In this document: positions 8,070 to 18,479 of the stretch, piece after piece
Layout of the letters: every line of letters begins with the position of its first letter
Position numbering within the stretch: position 1 is the stretch's first letter
From: Bacteriovoracia bacterium
GTDB lineage: Bacteria > Bdellovibrionota > UBA1018 > CAIPTA01
Direction of reading: 5' to 3'
Assembly: GCA_050246755.1 (NCBI GenBank)
Contig: JBFWVL010000005.1
Coordinates: 64,001-128,000, forward strand
Length of the DNA: 64,000 bases
Position numbers and translations under genes: made by a program
The notes under the pieces: model-generated
What the model saw: the letters and a program-made list of their open reading frames with translations, nothing else
What the model was told of the DNA's origin: nothing
Databases searched by the model: none

Positions 8070-8939
8070 CTACGCATCCATCTTGTAGCGGCGGCGGAAG
8101 AGCTTGCTCATCTCGTCTACCTTGAGCATCATGAAGAAATCGTAGCAGCCAAAATCGCGGTCGAGCGCGGGTTCGCCGTAGAATTTCGTGCCGGCCAGAA
8201 TATAACTTTGGATCAAGGGAGGAAGTTCCATTTTCGTTCCTTCCCGGGAACCTACCTCGAAAAGTTCGGAGCGGTACTCGGGGGTAGGGCGCACTCCGTA
8301 CTCGGAAGAGCTCAAACCTCGCTCGCGGAGATCGCTAAGCAGACTGCTCGCTTCGAGCAGATCCGTGGTTTGCACACTCGCGCAGCCGAAAAGATACTTC
8401 GCGCCGGTTTTCTGGATGTATTCCGCGATGCCTTTCCAGAGCAAGTTGATGATGGCACCGTTTCGGTAGTTCTGATGAATGCAGGCGCGGCCCAGTTCCA
8501 GCTTTGAACCCGGTAGGCGGAGGATCTCGTCGATGGAAAATTCTCCCTCGGAATAGAAGCGATCCGAGAAATTCGAGGAAATTAGGCGATAGGTGCCCAC
8601 TACGAGGCCAGATACCTTATCGATGATGAGAAGGTGGTCGCAAACGAGGTCGAGCTCGTCCACATCGAGGCGATCCGCATTCTCTTTGCTTTGTAGTTCC
8701 CGGTAAAAAACCTCGTGGCGCAGCTGCAGGGCCTGGCGGAGCTCGAAAGGATTGGCGGCGGTTTTGAGAAGGAAGCGTTCGGTGCTCTGGAGCAAGTTCA
8801 CCTTCTGGCGGAAGTGATGAAGGGGAATTTTACCTGGACGGCGGAAGAGCGGTCGGAAGCTTTTGAGTAGGGCGAGGGGAAACCGGGCGGTGCGTCGGCT
8901 GGCACGGGCGAGTTTTCTGGCGTTTGCTGCGTTGAGCAT
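8070..8939 (-). CDS. GNAT-family N-acyltransferase (OlsB/putative haemolysin-like)
   Basis: LRHEVFYRE, DVDELDLVCDHLLI, VGTYRL, FYSEGEF, LELGRACIHQNYRNG, YLFGCAS, GEPALDRDFG; RBS AGGAG before ATG 8939. Confidence 0.85.
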   Translation of the reverse strand: MLNAANARKLARASRRTARFPLALLKSFRPLFRRPGKIPLHHFRQKVNLLQSTERFLLKTAANPFELRQALQLRHEVFYRELQSKENADRLDVDELDLVCDHLLIIDKVSGLVVGTYRLISSNFSDRFYSEGEFSIDEILRLPGSKLELGRACIHQNYRNGAIINLLWKGIAEYIQKTGAKYLFGCASVQTTDLLEASSLLSDLRERGLSSSEYGVRPTPEYRSELFEVGSREGTKMELPPLIQSYILAGTKFYGEPALDRDFGCYDFFMMLKVDEMSKLFRRRYKMDA

Positions 8940-9033
8940 ATGGTATTCTCCTTCTAAGAAAACGATTGCACGCAATTGTCCCTTCCATGGTTAGAACTCG
9001 GTTAGGGATCTGCCAGGATTTGATAGGAAGAAA

Positions 9034-9684
9034 ATGATCAATACCATCCTCTTTGACCTCGACGGAACCATCATCGATTCCGAGCCGGCCGCGCTCCAGT
9101 CCATTTTGGATTGCACCCAGGCTTGGGGCGTGCCGGTCACCAAAGAAGACGCGGCTTCGGTGGCGGGAAAAAAATGGGAAGTGGCTTTCGATCTTCTCTA
9201 CGCGAAACACCAGATGCCGCTCCCGCAGGAAGAGGCTTCACGCCTCATCGTGGCCCGCTATAAAGAATTAGTGCACTCGAGCCTGCAGGTGGTTCCCGGA
9301 TCGGTGGCGGCCGTACAGGATTTTGCGAAGCACTTTCAGCTCGCGGTGGTGTCTGGTTCGCTGCGTTCCGATATTTTCTGGGCGCTCGAGCACCTGAAGA
9401 TCATCCAGCACTTCCAGCATATTCTTGGCTCCGAGGATTACCCGCTGAGCAAACCCGCTCCCGATGGTTACCTTAAAGCCATCAAGCTTTTCGGCGCCGA
9501 CCCCAAGCATACGCTGATTTTCGAGGATTCGGCTCCCGGCATCGCTTCCGCCCAGGCCGCCGGCGTGAAGGTGGTGGCGGTTACCTCCACCAATCACTAC
9601 GGCCACGATCAGAGCACCGCCGATGCGCATATCAAAAATTTCGAAGGCATCACCGCCGATTGGGTGAAAGCAAAATTTCCCTGA
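9034..9684 (+). CDS. HAD-IA family phosphatase
   Basis: LFDLDGTIIDS, KPAPDGY, IFEDSAPGIASA. Confidence 0.93.
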   Translation: MINTILFDLDGTIIDSEPAALQSILDCTQAWGVPVTKEDAASVAGKKWEVAFDLLYAKHQMPLPQEEASRLIVARYKELVHSSLQVVPGSVAAVQDFAKHFQLAVVSGSLRSDIFWALEHLKIIQHFQHILGSEDYPLSKPAPDGYLKAIKLFGADPKHTLIFEDSAPGIASAQAAGVKVVAVTSTNHYGHDQSTADAHIKNFEGITADWVKAKFP

Positions 9685-9693
9685 GGTTCTAGA

Positions 9694-10644
9694 ATGGGTA
9701 TCTCGCTAGTTCGATTCGAGACGAAAACCGGCCCAGAATGGGGCGCACTGAAACACGACGAGGTAATTCTCCTGGGGGCCGCTCCCGCTTCGCTCGGCGA
9801 TTTTTTGCGGTCGGACTGGCGTTCCCGGATAGGAAGCGCTCTCCCCACGCTGCGCCTCGAGGATATCAAGCTTCTCTCGCCCGTGACCGCGCCTTGCCAA
9901 ATTATTTGCCAGGGTAAAAACTACCTCGATCACCTCGTGGAAACGGGGATGAAGCCCAAAGACAAAGACTTCAATCTACTGTTTACCAAAGCCGATTCCA
10001 CCCTGGCTCCGCCAAGCGGAAAGGTGCGGCGCCCGGAAAAAGTTTCCCTCTTCGACTACGAGCTGGAATTAGGCTTGGTTCTGGGCAAAGCCATTGGCGC
10101 CGATGCGGAGATCACCGCCGAAAATCTCCACGAATACGTGGCCGGCTTCGTGATGGCCAATGATCTCTCCGCGCGCGACGTGCAGATTCCCGAGCGTCAG
10201 TGGTTCAAAGGGAAAAGCTTCCGCGGGTTTTGCCCGGTGGGGCCTGTGCTCTATATTCCGGACCGCGCTGAGTTTCCCAAGCTCTTCGAGCTCGAGCTGG
10301 AATTAAAAGTGAACGGAAAGGTAAGGCAGAAGGCGAAGACCTCTCAGCTCATCCATGGCCCGACCGCTACTCTCCAGGAGATCTCTGGAATCTTCGATTT
10401 ACGCCCCGGAGATCTATTGCTCACGGGCACGCCCGGCGGCGTGGCCATGCGGGTGAAGCCCAAGGCGTGGTGGGAGGAATTATTGGCGGCCCTGAAAAGC
10501 GATAGGCAAAAGTTTGCGGAATTCGTGAGCGCGCAGGCCGCGAGCGGGCGCTATTTGCAGGCCGGCGATAAGATCGAGAGTTTTATCCGCACGCCAGACG
10601 GAAGCATTGATCTCGGCATGCAGCGGCTAATGATAGAAAATTAA
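9694..10644 (+). CDS. Fumarylacetoacetate hydrolase family protein
   Basis: GKNYLDH, DYELEL, ANDLSARDVQ, GKSF, PGDLLLTGTPGGV. Confidence 0.93.
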   Translation: MGISLVRFETKTGPEWGALKHDEVILLGAAPASLGDFLRSDWRSRIGSALPTLRLEDIKLLSPVTAPCQIICQGKNYLDHLVETGMKPKDKDFNLLFTKADSTLAPPSGKVRRPEKVSLFDYELELGLVLGKAIGADAEITAENLHEYVAGFVMANDLSARDVQIPERQWFKGKSFRGFCPVGPVLYIPDRAEFPKLFELELELKVNGKVRQKAKTSQLIHGPTATLQEISGIFDLRPGDLLLTGTPGGVAMRVKPKAWWEELLAALKSDRQKFAEFVSAQAASGRYLQAGDKIESFIRTPDGSIDLGMQRLMIEN

Positions 10645-11090
10645 CGGAATCGCGCCACGGCGTAGGGCACGGAGATGGCCCCGCCGTAGCTCATGGCTTG
10701 CTCATAGCGAGCGCGGTCGGAGCTGATCACGAGATTCACCGTGGTGAATCCGGAGGTGGCGAAGCTGAGCGACTGGCCATTCACGGAGAAAGCGTCGAAG
10801 CACTGGGGCTGAACGGGCACGCTCGCCTGAGGGTAAGCGCAGATATTATAGTTCAGGGTGGTATTCGAGCGCACGATGATGGAGCTCGCGTCGGCTCCGG
10901 GGCACACGCTCAGGGCGCCGAGGATATTCGCGTCGGTACTGCCGGCCTGGGCATTCTGCAGCTGGGCAGGGGCGCAAGCGCCGCTTACGCCGAAGACGGA
11001 TTTTTTATAGGGATTTTTTGCGCTGGGTTTTAATTGTCCGCAGGACATCAAAGCAATCGCGACCACTGGGAGCAATAACAACATCTTCAT
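10641..11090 (-). CDS. Hypothetical lipoprotein
   Basis: Hydrophobic signal with LMSC lipobox; four further Cys. Confidence 0.7.
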   Translation of the reverse strand: MKMLLLLPVVAIALMSCGQLKPSAKNPYKKSVFGVSGACAPAQLQNAQAGSTDANILGALSVCPGADASSIIVRSNTTLNYNICAYPQASVPVQPQCFDAFSVNGQSLSFATSGFTTVNLVISSDRARYEQAMSYGGAISVPYAVARFR

Positions 11091-11401
11091 AAACAAATCC
11101 TATTCTACAACAACAACGGGGTGTAATTCGGGGGAGCTACTTCAAGTTCCATGCCGGAGTATGGAAGAACCGAGGAGCGCATAAAAGCGAGCTGGCTCTT
11201 TTCTCCCCGGAAAATCGCTAACGCCTGTCGAAAAAATAGACGGTCTTTTTCGGGGTTCCCGCTAGGTGCCTGATCTCAGGCACGAAAATCTGCCTAAAGA
11301 TTGAGTATGGTTTTGGGAGGCGGGTGGGGTGTAGGATCGCCTTCTGTTTGGGAAAACAGTTTGAGAGCAGGGCCGGGCGCGCGAAAGTGCGTCCGGCTTT
11401 T

Positions 11402-11848
11402 TTATTTCGCTTCGGGAAGCTGGGCGTACTGCGTGGTGAGCTCGCCGTCGAAATTCGAATAAGAATAGCGGAAGCGAAGCTCTCGGTTCGGGTGCAGCTC
11501 AAAACCCATGAACTCCGAAACCTGGGAGTTCCCCCGGAAGATCGAGATTTTCTTTGGGAATACATCGCCGATTTTTTTGTCTTTCGCGAAGATCTGCTCG
11601 CCGCGGATTTCGTAGTCGCTATGGTAGCAGGAGGTTTTCTTCTCGGGGTAGGGCATGGGAATGGTCCAGCACTGGTCGATCGTGAAATGGGAGGTGCTCT
11701 GGGCGAGCACGAGATCGAATTCCGCGTCTACGGGCCTCAGCATTCCGTCCGATTGGTAGAGGCCCATTCCGTTCCAGTGCCCAGTGAATTCCGTGGCAGC
11801 ATGGGCTTTGTTCGCGAAGAGGAAGAGGCAGAAAATAAGGGTGCGCAT
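11402..11848 (-). CDS. Hypothetical secreted protein
   Basis: Signal peptide MRTLIFCLFLFANKAHA; beta-rich mature region. Confidence 0.7.
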   Translation of the reverse strand: MRTLIFCLFLFANKAHAATEFTGHWNGMGLYQSDGMLRPVDAEFDLVLAQSTSHFTIDQCWTIPMPYPEKKTSCYHSDYEIRGEQIFAKDKKIGDVFPKKISIFRGNSQVSEFMGFELHPNRELRFRYSYSNFDGELTTQYAQLPEAK

Positions 11849-11874
11849 GCTTTTAGGATGCCTCAAGTTCACCC

Positions 11875-11914
11875 AAATAAAAAAGGCAGAGCTTGCGCCC
11901 TGCCTTTTTTATTT
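11875..11914. terminator. Bidirectional intrinsic terminator downstream of the RRM gene
   Basis: AAATAAAAAAGGCAG...CTGCCTTTTTTATTT inverted repeat. Confidence 0.9.
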
Positions 11915-11933
11915 TGAGTAACAGGGGCTGGTA

Positions 11934-12329
11934 CTACCAGCGATCGCGTCCGCCGCCACCGCCGCCGCCACGACCGCCGCGTCCACCGCCGCCGCCGCCA
12001 CCGCCGTAACCACCGCCGCCACCACCACCGTAGCCACCGCCGCCGCCGCCGCCGAAGCCACGACCGCCACCTTCACGGGGAGCTTGGGGACGAGCTTCGG
12101 AAACGTTCAGAGCACGTCCGTCGAGCATTTGTCCGTTGAGGGTTTCGATTGCTTTGGTTGCGTCGCTGTCGGATCCCATTTCCACGAAACCGAAGCCTTT
12201 GCTGCGTCCGGAATCGCGATCCATGATTACCTTCGCCGACTCAACTTGACCTGCTTGCGAAAAGTGCTGCGCCAAGCTGTCATCGGTAGCCGAGTACGGA
12301 AGGTTGCCTACATAGAGTTTCTTGCCCAT
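11934..12329 (-). CDS. RRM RNA-binding protein with Gly-rich tail
   Basis: RNP2 LYVGNL, RNP1 KGFGFVEM, GGGGGY repeats. Confidence 0.96.
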   Translation of the reverse strand: MGKKLYVGNLPYSATDDSLAQHFSQAGQVESAKVIMDRDSGRSKGFGFVEMGSDSDATKAIETLNGQMLDGRALNVSEARPQAPREGGGRGFGGGGGGGYGGGGGGGYGGGGGGGGRGGRGGGGGGGRDRW

Positions 12330-12573
12330 TACTATTTATCTCCTAGAGGGATCCTCGCAGGAGCTTCAGGACGAGCATAGGTCTCTTCAATCTCATTGCG
12401 AACGGTATCCAGTTAACGTTACGGAAAAATGGTATACCACTGCACCGCGGTATTGCTATAGCGAATTTTCATCCTAGATGCCGCAGCTTCCCCATGAAAA
12501 TTGAGGGCTTGCTACGGGGCGGTAAATCCTCGAATCGTATGAATTTTTCTGATTCGGGGGCTATCATTCTGGG

Positions 12574-14247
12574 ATGTCTCGAGATTTTTACCAACAAGGC
12601 CCGACCCTCCAAAACCAGTTCCGCAGCGATTCCTTACTGCAGGCGTACTTGCAGGAAGTGATGCCGAAGGATCTCTACCTCGCGCTCGAGCCCGATCTTC
12701 GACGCATGGGAGAAAGGGCCGTCACCGATTTACTAGCCCTTTCTCGACGAGCGGAACGCGAAGAGCCTGAGCATATTCCCTACGATCCTTGGGGAAAACG
12801 TTTGGACGAACTGCGCATGAGCCCGGCCTGGGATGCGATCACTGCGGTGGCCGCGGAAGAAGGAATCGTGGCCACGGGCTACGAAAGAAAATTCGGCGCG
12901 TATTCGCGGCTGGCGCAGTTTGCGAAACTTTACCTCTTTCACGCTTCTTCGGCGTTCGTGTCTTGCCCGCTGGCGATGACGGACGGGGCGGCGCGCGCGC
13001 TCGAGCTTTACGGCGATGAGGAATTACAGAAAGGCGCATTTAAGCACCTGACCTCCTGGGATCCCAAAACGTTTTGGACTTCTGGGCAGTGGATGACGGA
13101 GCGAACCGGGGGATCGGACGTTTCCGGCACGTCCACCACGGCCAAGCCACTCGGCGGGGACCGCTATGCCCTCACCGGCACCAAATGGTTCACCTCGGCC
13201 ACAAACTCGCAGATGGCGATGGCGCTCGCAAGAATTGATGGGCACCCGGAAGGCGGGCGCGGGCTGAGTTTGTTCTACGTGGAATTGCGCGATCACGCGG
13301 GCAAACTCCAGAATATCGAGATCCATCGACTGAAAGATAAGCTCGGCACCCGCGGACTACCCACCGCCGAGCTCAGCCTAAACGGCACTCCCGCCAAGCT
13401 CGTGGGCGGGGAAGGGGGCGGCGTGAAGAAGATCGCGTCCCTTTTCAATATCACCCGAATGTACAACGCAGTATGCGCGCTCTCGGCGGCCCGCAGGGCC
13501 TTGGTGCTGGCGGTGGACTATGCGGGCAAGCGCTCGGCGTTTGGCAAGATATTGCTCGAACATCCCCTGCACGTGGAAACCCTCGCGGACCTCTCGGTGG
13601 AGTTTGAGGGAAATTTCCTGCTCACCTTTCACCTCGCGGAGCTGCTCGGTAAAGACGAAACGGGCTCAGCTTCCGCGGAAGAGAGCGCCGTGCTTCGCTT
13701 GCTCACGCCGATCGCAAAATTATATACGGCCAAGAGCTGCATGGCGATCACTAGCGAAGTGGTGGAGAGCTTCGGCGGCGCGGGTTATATCGAAGATACG
13801 GGCCTTCCCACCTTGCTGAGGGACGCCCAGGTTTTCTCGATCTGGGAGGGCACCACGAACGTACTTTCCCTCGATGTGATCCGCGCGATCGAAAAAGAAA
13901 ATGCCTTTCCGCCTTTCGTGGCGGAGATTCTCGGCAGAATGAATGGTTTGACTGGATTCGATTCCGAGGTGGCCCAAGTGAAAGCCGCCTGCGGTGATTT
14001 GCAAAAATTCCTAGGGCTGGCGATGAAAGAGGGCGGAGATTTCGTGCAAGCCGGCGCCCGCCATTTTGCCTACTCTCTGGCCCGCACCTATATCGCCTCG
14101 CTTCTGCTGGAGCGCGCTTTTTTGGCTAAAGATATCCGGGTGGCCGAGGTGGCGCGTCGCTGGTGCCGCGGCGGCCTCACCCCTTTGCTCTTGGCCGATA
14201 GCGCGCACCGCGATTCCTCGAAAAGAATAGTCGAAGCCGTTATCTAA
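12574..14247 (+). CDS. Acyl-CoA dehydrogenase (AidB-like)
   Basis: SCPLAMTDGA, GQWMTERTGGSDV, GTKWFTSA, RLKDKLGTR, IWEGTTNVL. Confidence 0.93.
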   Translation: MSRDFYQQGPTLQNQFRSDSLLQAYLQEVMPKDLYLALEPDLRRMGERAVTDLLALSRRAEREEPEHIPYDPWGKRLDELRMSPAWDAITAVAAEEGIVATGYERKFGAYSRLAQFAKLYLFHASSAFVSCPLAMTDGAARALELYGDEELQKGAFKHLTSWDPKTFWTSGQWMTERTGGSDVSGTSTTAKPLGGDRYALTGTKWFTSATNSQMAMALARIDGHPEGGRGLSLFYVELRDHAGKLQNIEIHRLKDKLGTRGLPTAELSLNGTPAKLVGGEGGGVKKIASLFNITRMYNAVCALSAARRALVLAVDYAGKRSAFGKILLEHPLHVETLADLSVEFEGNFLLTFHLAELLGKDETGSASAEESAVLRLLTPIAKLYTAKSCMAITSEVVESFGGAGYIEDTGLPTLLRDAQVFSIWEGTTNVLSLDVIRAIEKENAFPPFVAEILGRMNGLTGFDSEVAQVKAACGDLQKFLGLAMKEGGDFVQAGARHFAYSLARTYIASLLLERAFLAKDIRVAEVARRWCRGGLTPLLLADSAHRDSSKRIVEAVI

Positions 14248-14255
14248 AGGAAAAA

Positions 14256-15188
14256 ATGAATCACAAAGAGAAGTTCGACAAATTTCGCGCGCAGCTGGAA
14301 GAGCAAGTGATGGGGCAGAGCGAAGCGGTGGAGCTGACGCTAGTGGCGCTGCTCGCGGGCGGCCACGTGCTTCTCGAAGGACCTCCCGGAGTGGGAAAAA
14401 CTGCCTTGGCCCAAGGGGTGGCGGCGCTCTTTCACGGCAGCTTCCGCCGCGTGCAGCTCACTAGTGATCTGTTGCCGAGTGATATCGTGGGCACCTTGCG
14501 CTTACGGCCCGGCAGTGGGGAATTCGAGTTTCGCCGGGGCCCGATTTTCTCCCAGGTTCTGCTCGCGGACGAATTGAACCGCACCAGCCCGAAAACCCAA
14601 GCCGCATTGCTCGAAGCGATGGCGGAAGGCAAAGTAACGGTGGATGGAGTGACCCATCCTTTGCCGGAGCCTTTCTTCGTGATCGCCACGCAAAATCCGC
14701 AGGAGTTCCAGGGAGTATTCCCGCTCTCGGAAAGCCAGCTCGATCGTTTTCTCGTGCACGTTTCGATGGGCCTGCCATCCGCCGAAGTGGAGCTTCGTCT
14801 ATACCAGCGCCACGTGAGCGCGGGATCCGCGGCCAAGCAGGATTTGGCTCTGCTGGAGCCGGCGGAACTTTTGCGCTTGCGCGCGGAGGTGAAAAAAATT
14901 TTCGTGGAGCCGAGTCTCGTGAAGTACCTGCAAGAAATCGCCGCCGCCGTGCGCGGAGCCGAGGATGTGCTCTATGGCGCTTCCGTGCGCGCGGTGCTTC
15001 AGTGGATCGATGCCGCTAAGGCGCGCGCCTTCTTGAGTGGGCGGGATTTCGTAAGTCCGGAGGATATCCGCGTGCTTGCTCCTTCCGTGCTGGGGCATCG
15101 TCTCTTCACCCGCGGTACGGATTTGGCTTTCCGGCTGCGGAAGGAGATCGTGAGCGATGCGCTGGCTTCTGTCGCTGCTCCACAATAA
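14256..15188 (+). CDS. MoxR family AAA+ ATPase
   Basis: GHVLLEGPPGVGKT, DLLPSDIVG, LADELNRTSPKTQAALLEAM, IATQNP, QLDRF. Confidence 0.96.
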   Translation: MNHKEKFDKFRAQLEEQVMGQSEAVELTLVALLAGGHVLLEGPPGVGKTALAQGVAALFHGSFRRVQLTSDLLPSDIVGTLRLRPGSGEFEFRRGPIFSQVLLADELNRTSPKTQAALLEAMAEGKVTVDGVTHPLPEPFFVIATQNPQEFQGVFPLSESQLDRFLVHVSMGLPSAEVELRLYQRHVSAGSAAKQDLALLEPAELLRLRAEVKKIFVEPSLVKYLQEIAAAVRGAEDVLYGASVRAVLQWIDAAKARAFLSGRDFVSPEDIRVLAPSVLGHRLFTRGTDLAFRLRKEIVSDALASVAAPQ

Positions 15189-16038
15189 GCACCGTAAACT
15201 GGAAATTTCGGTGGGCGGGCGCTGGTACCTGCTGTTTACGATCCTGCTCGGCGTGGTGGCGATCTTTTCGGGTAATAACGTAATTTATTTATTAGAAAGC
15301 CTGCTCCTCAGCGCGTTGATCTTGTCGGGCGTGCTCTCCGAGCTCACGATCTCCCGTATCCGCCTTTCGCGGGAACTGGGCCAGGCCGAGGTGGGGCGGG
15401 CGGGCCAGGATTTTTTGGTGGCGGAGAATACCGGGATTTTGCCGCTCTACTGCGTGGAGTTTTTGGAATGGACGGAAACGGGGGAGCAGAACCTCGGCTT
15501 CGCACTGTATTTACCGGGCCGCCGTCGCCAGCGCATCCGTTCCCTGCAGGCATTTTCTACCCGCGGCAAGCATACCTGGCGCGGCTTCGCGATTGCCACC
15601 AGCTTCCCTTTCGGATTTGCCCGCAAGCTCCGCTTCGTGGAAGTTCCGGGAAAACGAATCGTGTGGCCGCGGCGGCCTGAAAATGAATCCGCTGGCCTAT
15701 CGCGGTCGGCCCGGGCGCGGCCGGAGCTGGAGGTATCGCTGGGAGATCTGGAAGAGGTGGGCGCCGCCGACGATATTTCCCGCGTGCATTGGCCCTCCAC
15801 CGCCAGATCCGGGCGCCTGCTGGCGCGACCGATGCGCAGGATCGAATCCGACGAAGAAGTTATTCTTCATTTCCTCCGTTCAGGCCCCGAGATGGAAAAA
15901 GCAATTTCGCTCGCGGCGGGCCGGCTTCGCCGTGCCACGCAAACGCTGATGCTCTACCAGGGCAAGGATTCCCGGCGTATCACCGGGGCTTATCCGGCGC
16001 TCGACGCTTTGGCTCTGCTGCCGAAGGAGCAGGCGTGA
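15157..16038 (+). CDS. DUF58 domain membrane protein
   Basis: N-terminal TMs with GNN, TSFPFGF, DDISRVHWPSTAR; typical MoxR-DUF58-transglutaminase order. Confidence 0.85.
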   Translation: MRWLLSLLHNKHRKLEISVGGRWYLLFTILLGVVAIFSGNNVIYLLESLLLSALILSGVLSELTISRIRLSRELGQAEVGRAGQDFLVAENTGILPLYCVEFLEWTETGEQNLGFALYLPGRRRQRIRSLQAFSTRGKHTWRGFAIATSFPFGFARKLRFVEVPGKRIVWPRRPENESAGLSRSARARPELEVSLGDLEEVGAADDISRVHWPSTARSGRLLARPMRRIESDEEVILHFLRSGPEMEKAISLAAGRLRRATQTLMLYQGKDSRRITGAYPALDALALLPKEQA

Positions 16039-17918
16039 AAATTCCTTTGCGCCGGCTTTTTCCCATCACCGCGCTGGCCTGTGAAGCGCTCAGTTTGGCG
16101 GCCCTTTTCTTAAGCGAGGAGGTTCCCCGCTCCTTGTTCTTTATTCCGCTGGTGATCGGCGCCGCCGCTTTTGTGGTGAAACTAAGGGATCGCTGGCTCT
16201 TGCCGCTCATCGCCTCGGTGGTGATCGCCGGCCTATACGCTGGAGTCCGCTCCGGCTTGCCCACCGCGGTGGTGGTGGCTTTTCCGATGGTGGCGGTGCA
16301 CGCACTCACCTGGCTCGCCCCCGAGCAGGGGCGCTACCGCTACTGGCGGATTGGCCTCGCTTTTCTGGAAATGATTCTCGCTGCCATTCTCGCCCCCGAA
16401 GCGCATATGTTCCTGCTGATCTTTCTTTTCGTGATCGTGGTTTCCCTCACGCTTTCTTTTGGTTTTCTCGAGCAGAATTTCGCGAGCCGTGATCCGGCGG
16501 GTCTGAATCGGCCGCTGCGCCCCACCTACTTGGCCGCCGTGCTTTCTCTTTCTTTCGTGATTTTCCTCTCGAGCCTCGCGATCTTTCCCCTCTTGCCGCG
16601 AAAAGAAAACGTGGATATGAATTCTCTGGGGGCGATGCCGGGATATTCGGAAGAGGTAAGTTTTCAGACCGCTACCTTCTATTGGACGGGAGACGAATCT
16701 CGGCCGGTGATGTGGCTTTTCCTTCCTCCGGGAAAGACCTGGGCCGAAGCGGTTCCCTTTGGGTTATTGCGGGGAAAAACCCTGGAGCGGTTCAACGGGA
16801 GAACTTGGCGCCAGGGAAACAGGCGAGGGAACCAGCTTCATTCAGCCGGCGTGTCCGCGATTGATCTCGAGATCTTGCGTGAGCCCATGCCCACCGAGGC
16901 GTTGCCCTCGCCTTACGGCACGGAAGGCATGGAGCTTGCGGGGGAAGCGCGCCCATTTCGCTACGATACCGGGGAATGGTATCAGCCGGCCGGCCGGGGG
17001 CGCCGCCTGAAGTATACCGCTAGGGTCGTTCCCGGCGCCGCCCGGGACCGCGTGGTAGACCAGCGCAGCGCGGAAATGCCGGGAGAGGGATACGAGCGGC
17101 TCGCCGCGCTCGGGCGCAGCTTGCAAAAAAATACCCGCAGCGATCGCGAGCGGGTTACGGCCGTGGTGAAGTATTTTCAGGACGGGAGTTTCCGGGCGGA
17201 GCAAGTGCCGTTGGCGGCCGTGGCGGAAAAAGGATCCAGCCCGGTGGAGAATTTTCTCTTCGAGCGAAAGGCGGGGCACTGCGAATTATTCGCCACCGCG
17301 GCGGCGCTCCTGTTGCGCTCCATGGGCATGCCGACGCGCTTAGTGGTGGGATTCCGAGCGCCGGTTGGCAGCACGGCCTCCGTGCTCACGATCCGGAACG
17401 GAGACGCACACGCCTGGGTGGAGGTATGGACCAGCGAAGGATGGATGGTGATTGACCCCACTCCCGCGATTCCGCTGGAGCAGGCGCGCTGGCAAGCCGT
17501 CCGTGACTTCTACGATTGGGTAACCGCCTACTGGCATCGCTATATTTTAGGCTACGAGTTCGACGCGCTGGCCACCTTGAAATGGGTGGGCGGAGCGGGA
17601 ACGGCGCTCACTGGAATTTTCCTCCTGACGGGAATCTTTCGTGTTTTCCGCCGGATCGCCAATCGCCCGAAAAAGGGGCCGCGGGAAGAGGTGGCGCGGG
17701 TAAGGATCTCAATGCAGAAGCGCCTGGCGCCCGCCGATCACATGTTCCGCGCGAGGCTCACCGCTTTGCCCGGTGGAAAGGAATGGTGGGAAAAGTACGA
17801 GCGGCTCCGTTTTGGGGAAGCTTTACCCAGCGAGGAAGCGATTCGAAATTTCCGGCGGGATTCGGAAATTATTCTTAGAGCCGCTCGAGCAGAACCACCT
17901 GGCCCGCCAGTCCGTTAA
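16035..17918 (+). CDS. DUF3488/transglutaminase-like membrane protein (TgpA-like)
   Basis: GTG start overlapping the DUF58 stop (GTGA); multiple TMs; triad GHCELFATA, HAWVEVW, DPTP. Confidence 0.9.
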   Translation: MKIPLRRLFPITALACEALSLAALFLSEEVPRSLFFIPLVIGAAAFVVKLRDRWLLPLIASVVIAGLYAGVRSGLPTAVVVAFPMVAVHALTWLAPEQGRYRYWRIGLAFLEMILAAILAPEAHMFLLIFLFVIVVSLTLSFGFLEQNFASRDPAGLNRPLRPTYLAAVLSLSFVIFLSSLAIFPLLPRKENVDMNSLGAMPGYSEEVSFQTATFYWTGDESRPVMWLFLPPGKTWAEAVPFGLLRGKTLERFNGRTWRQGNRRGNQLHSAGVSAIDLEILREPMPTEALPSPYGTEGMELAGEARPFRYDTGEWYQPAGRGRRLKYTARVVPGAARDRVVDQRSAEMPGEGYERLAALGRSLQKNTRSDRERVTAVVKYFQDGSFRAEQVPLAAVAEKGSSPVENFLFERKAGHCELFATAAALLLRSMGMPTRLVVGFRAPVGSTASVLTIRNGDAHAWVEVWTSEGWMVIDPTPAIPLEQARWQAVRDFYDWVTAYWHRYILGYEFDALATLKWVGGAGTALTGIFLLTGIFRVFRRIANRPKKGPREEVARVRISMQKRLAPADHMFRARLTALPGGKEWWEKYERLRFGEALPSEEAIRNFRRDSEIILRAARAEPPGPPVR

Positions 17919-18477
17919 CGCGGAATTTTCTTTCCTGTCGGGTGCGCCAGTCTTCGGGAGAAATATAATGGATGATATCCAGCGCCTGCCCAGGATGGCG
18001 GAGTTTTTGCCAGAGGCCGTAAACTATATTCTCGGGAAGGGTGAGGGTGGCGATCGCCCAGAGGCCGCCCGGTTTCGCCACGCGGCGGGCCTCATGGCAG
18101 GTCATATAGAGCTCGTCCATCCGCAAGTATTCTAGGAAATGGGGCGTGAGCAGAAGATCCTGGCTCGAATCGGGAATGGAAATTCCGCTCGCCGGCTCAA
18201 ATGCGGAGAGGGTGATCTGTTCGGGCTTGGCTTCGGCGGGCGCGCGGAATTTTTTTAGGAGAGCGGGTTCGCTATCGAAGCAGCGGTAGTGAGTGGGAGC
18301 CTTTCCGGTGAAAAAATGCGGTGCCAGGGAGCAGGTGCCCGCACCGAGCTCGGTGATGGTCGAGTAGTGTCCTGCGGGCAAGAGTGTGGCGATCTCTTCG
18401 AGCGAACGAGTCTCCAGTAATCCTGCTTTCGCAAACCTCCGGCGATTACCTGCCACCGGCACCTTGAACTGCTGCAT
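17875..18477 (-). CDS. Class I SAM-dependent methyltransferase
   Basis: ELGAGT, SQDLLLTPHFLEYL, EARRVAKPGG. Confidence 0.8.
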   Translation of the reverse strand: MQQFKVPVAGNRRRFAKAGLLETRSLEEIATLLPAGHYSTITELGAGTCSLAPHFFTGKAPTHYRCFDSEPALLKKFRAPAEAKPEQITLSAFEPASGISIPDSSQDLLLTPHFLEYLRMDELYMTCHEARRVAKPGGLWAIATLTLPENIVYGLWQKLRHPGQALDIIHYISPEDWRTRQERKFRVNGLAGQVVLLERL

Positions 18478-18479
18478 CG

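Noticed and set aside
11141-11155. sigma54-like GGCATGGAACTTGA upstream of the lipoprotein gene
   Set aside because: The invariant -12 GC is GA
11940-12075. GCC/ACC repeat tract as VNTR or CRISPR
   Set aside because: It is the Gly-rich tail of the RRM protein; no repeat-spacer structure
15789-16034. N-terminal extension of the 709-aa ORF
   Set aside because: Overlaps DUF58 out of frame; GTG 16035 with an RBS and stop-start overlap is the better start
14256-17918. MoxR-DUF58-transglutaminase as a novel system or partner of the ATP-grasp gene
   Set aside because: Common known triad, about 29 kb from the ATP-grasp gene
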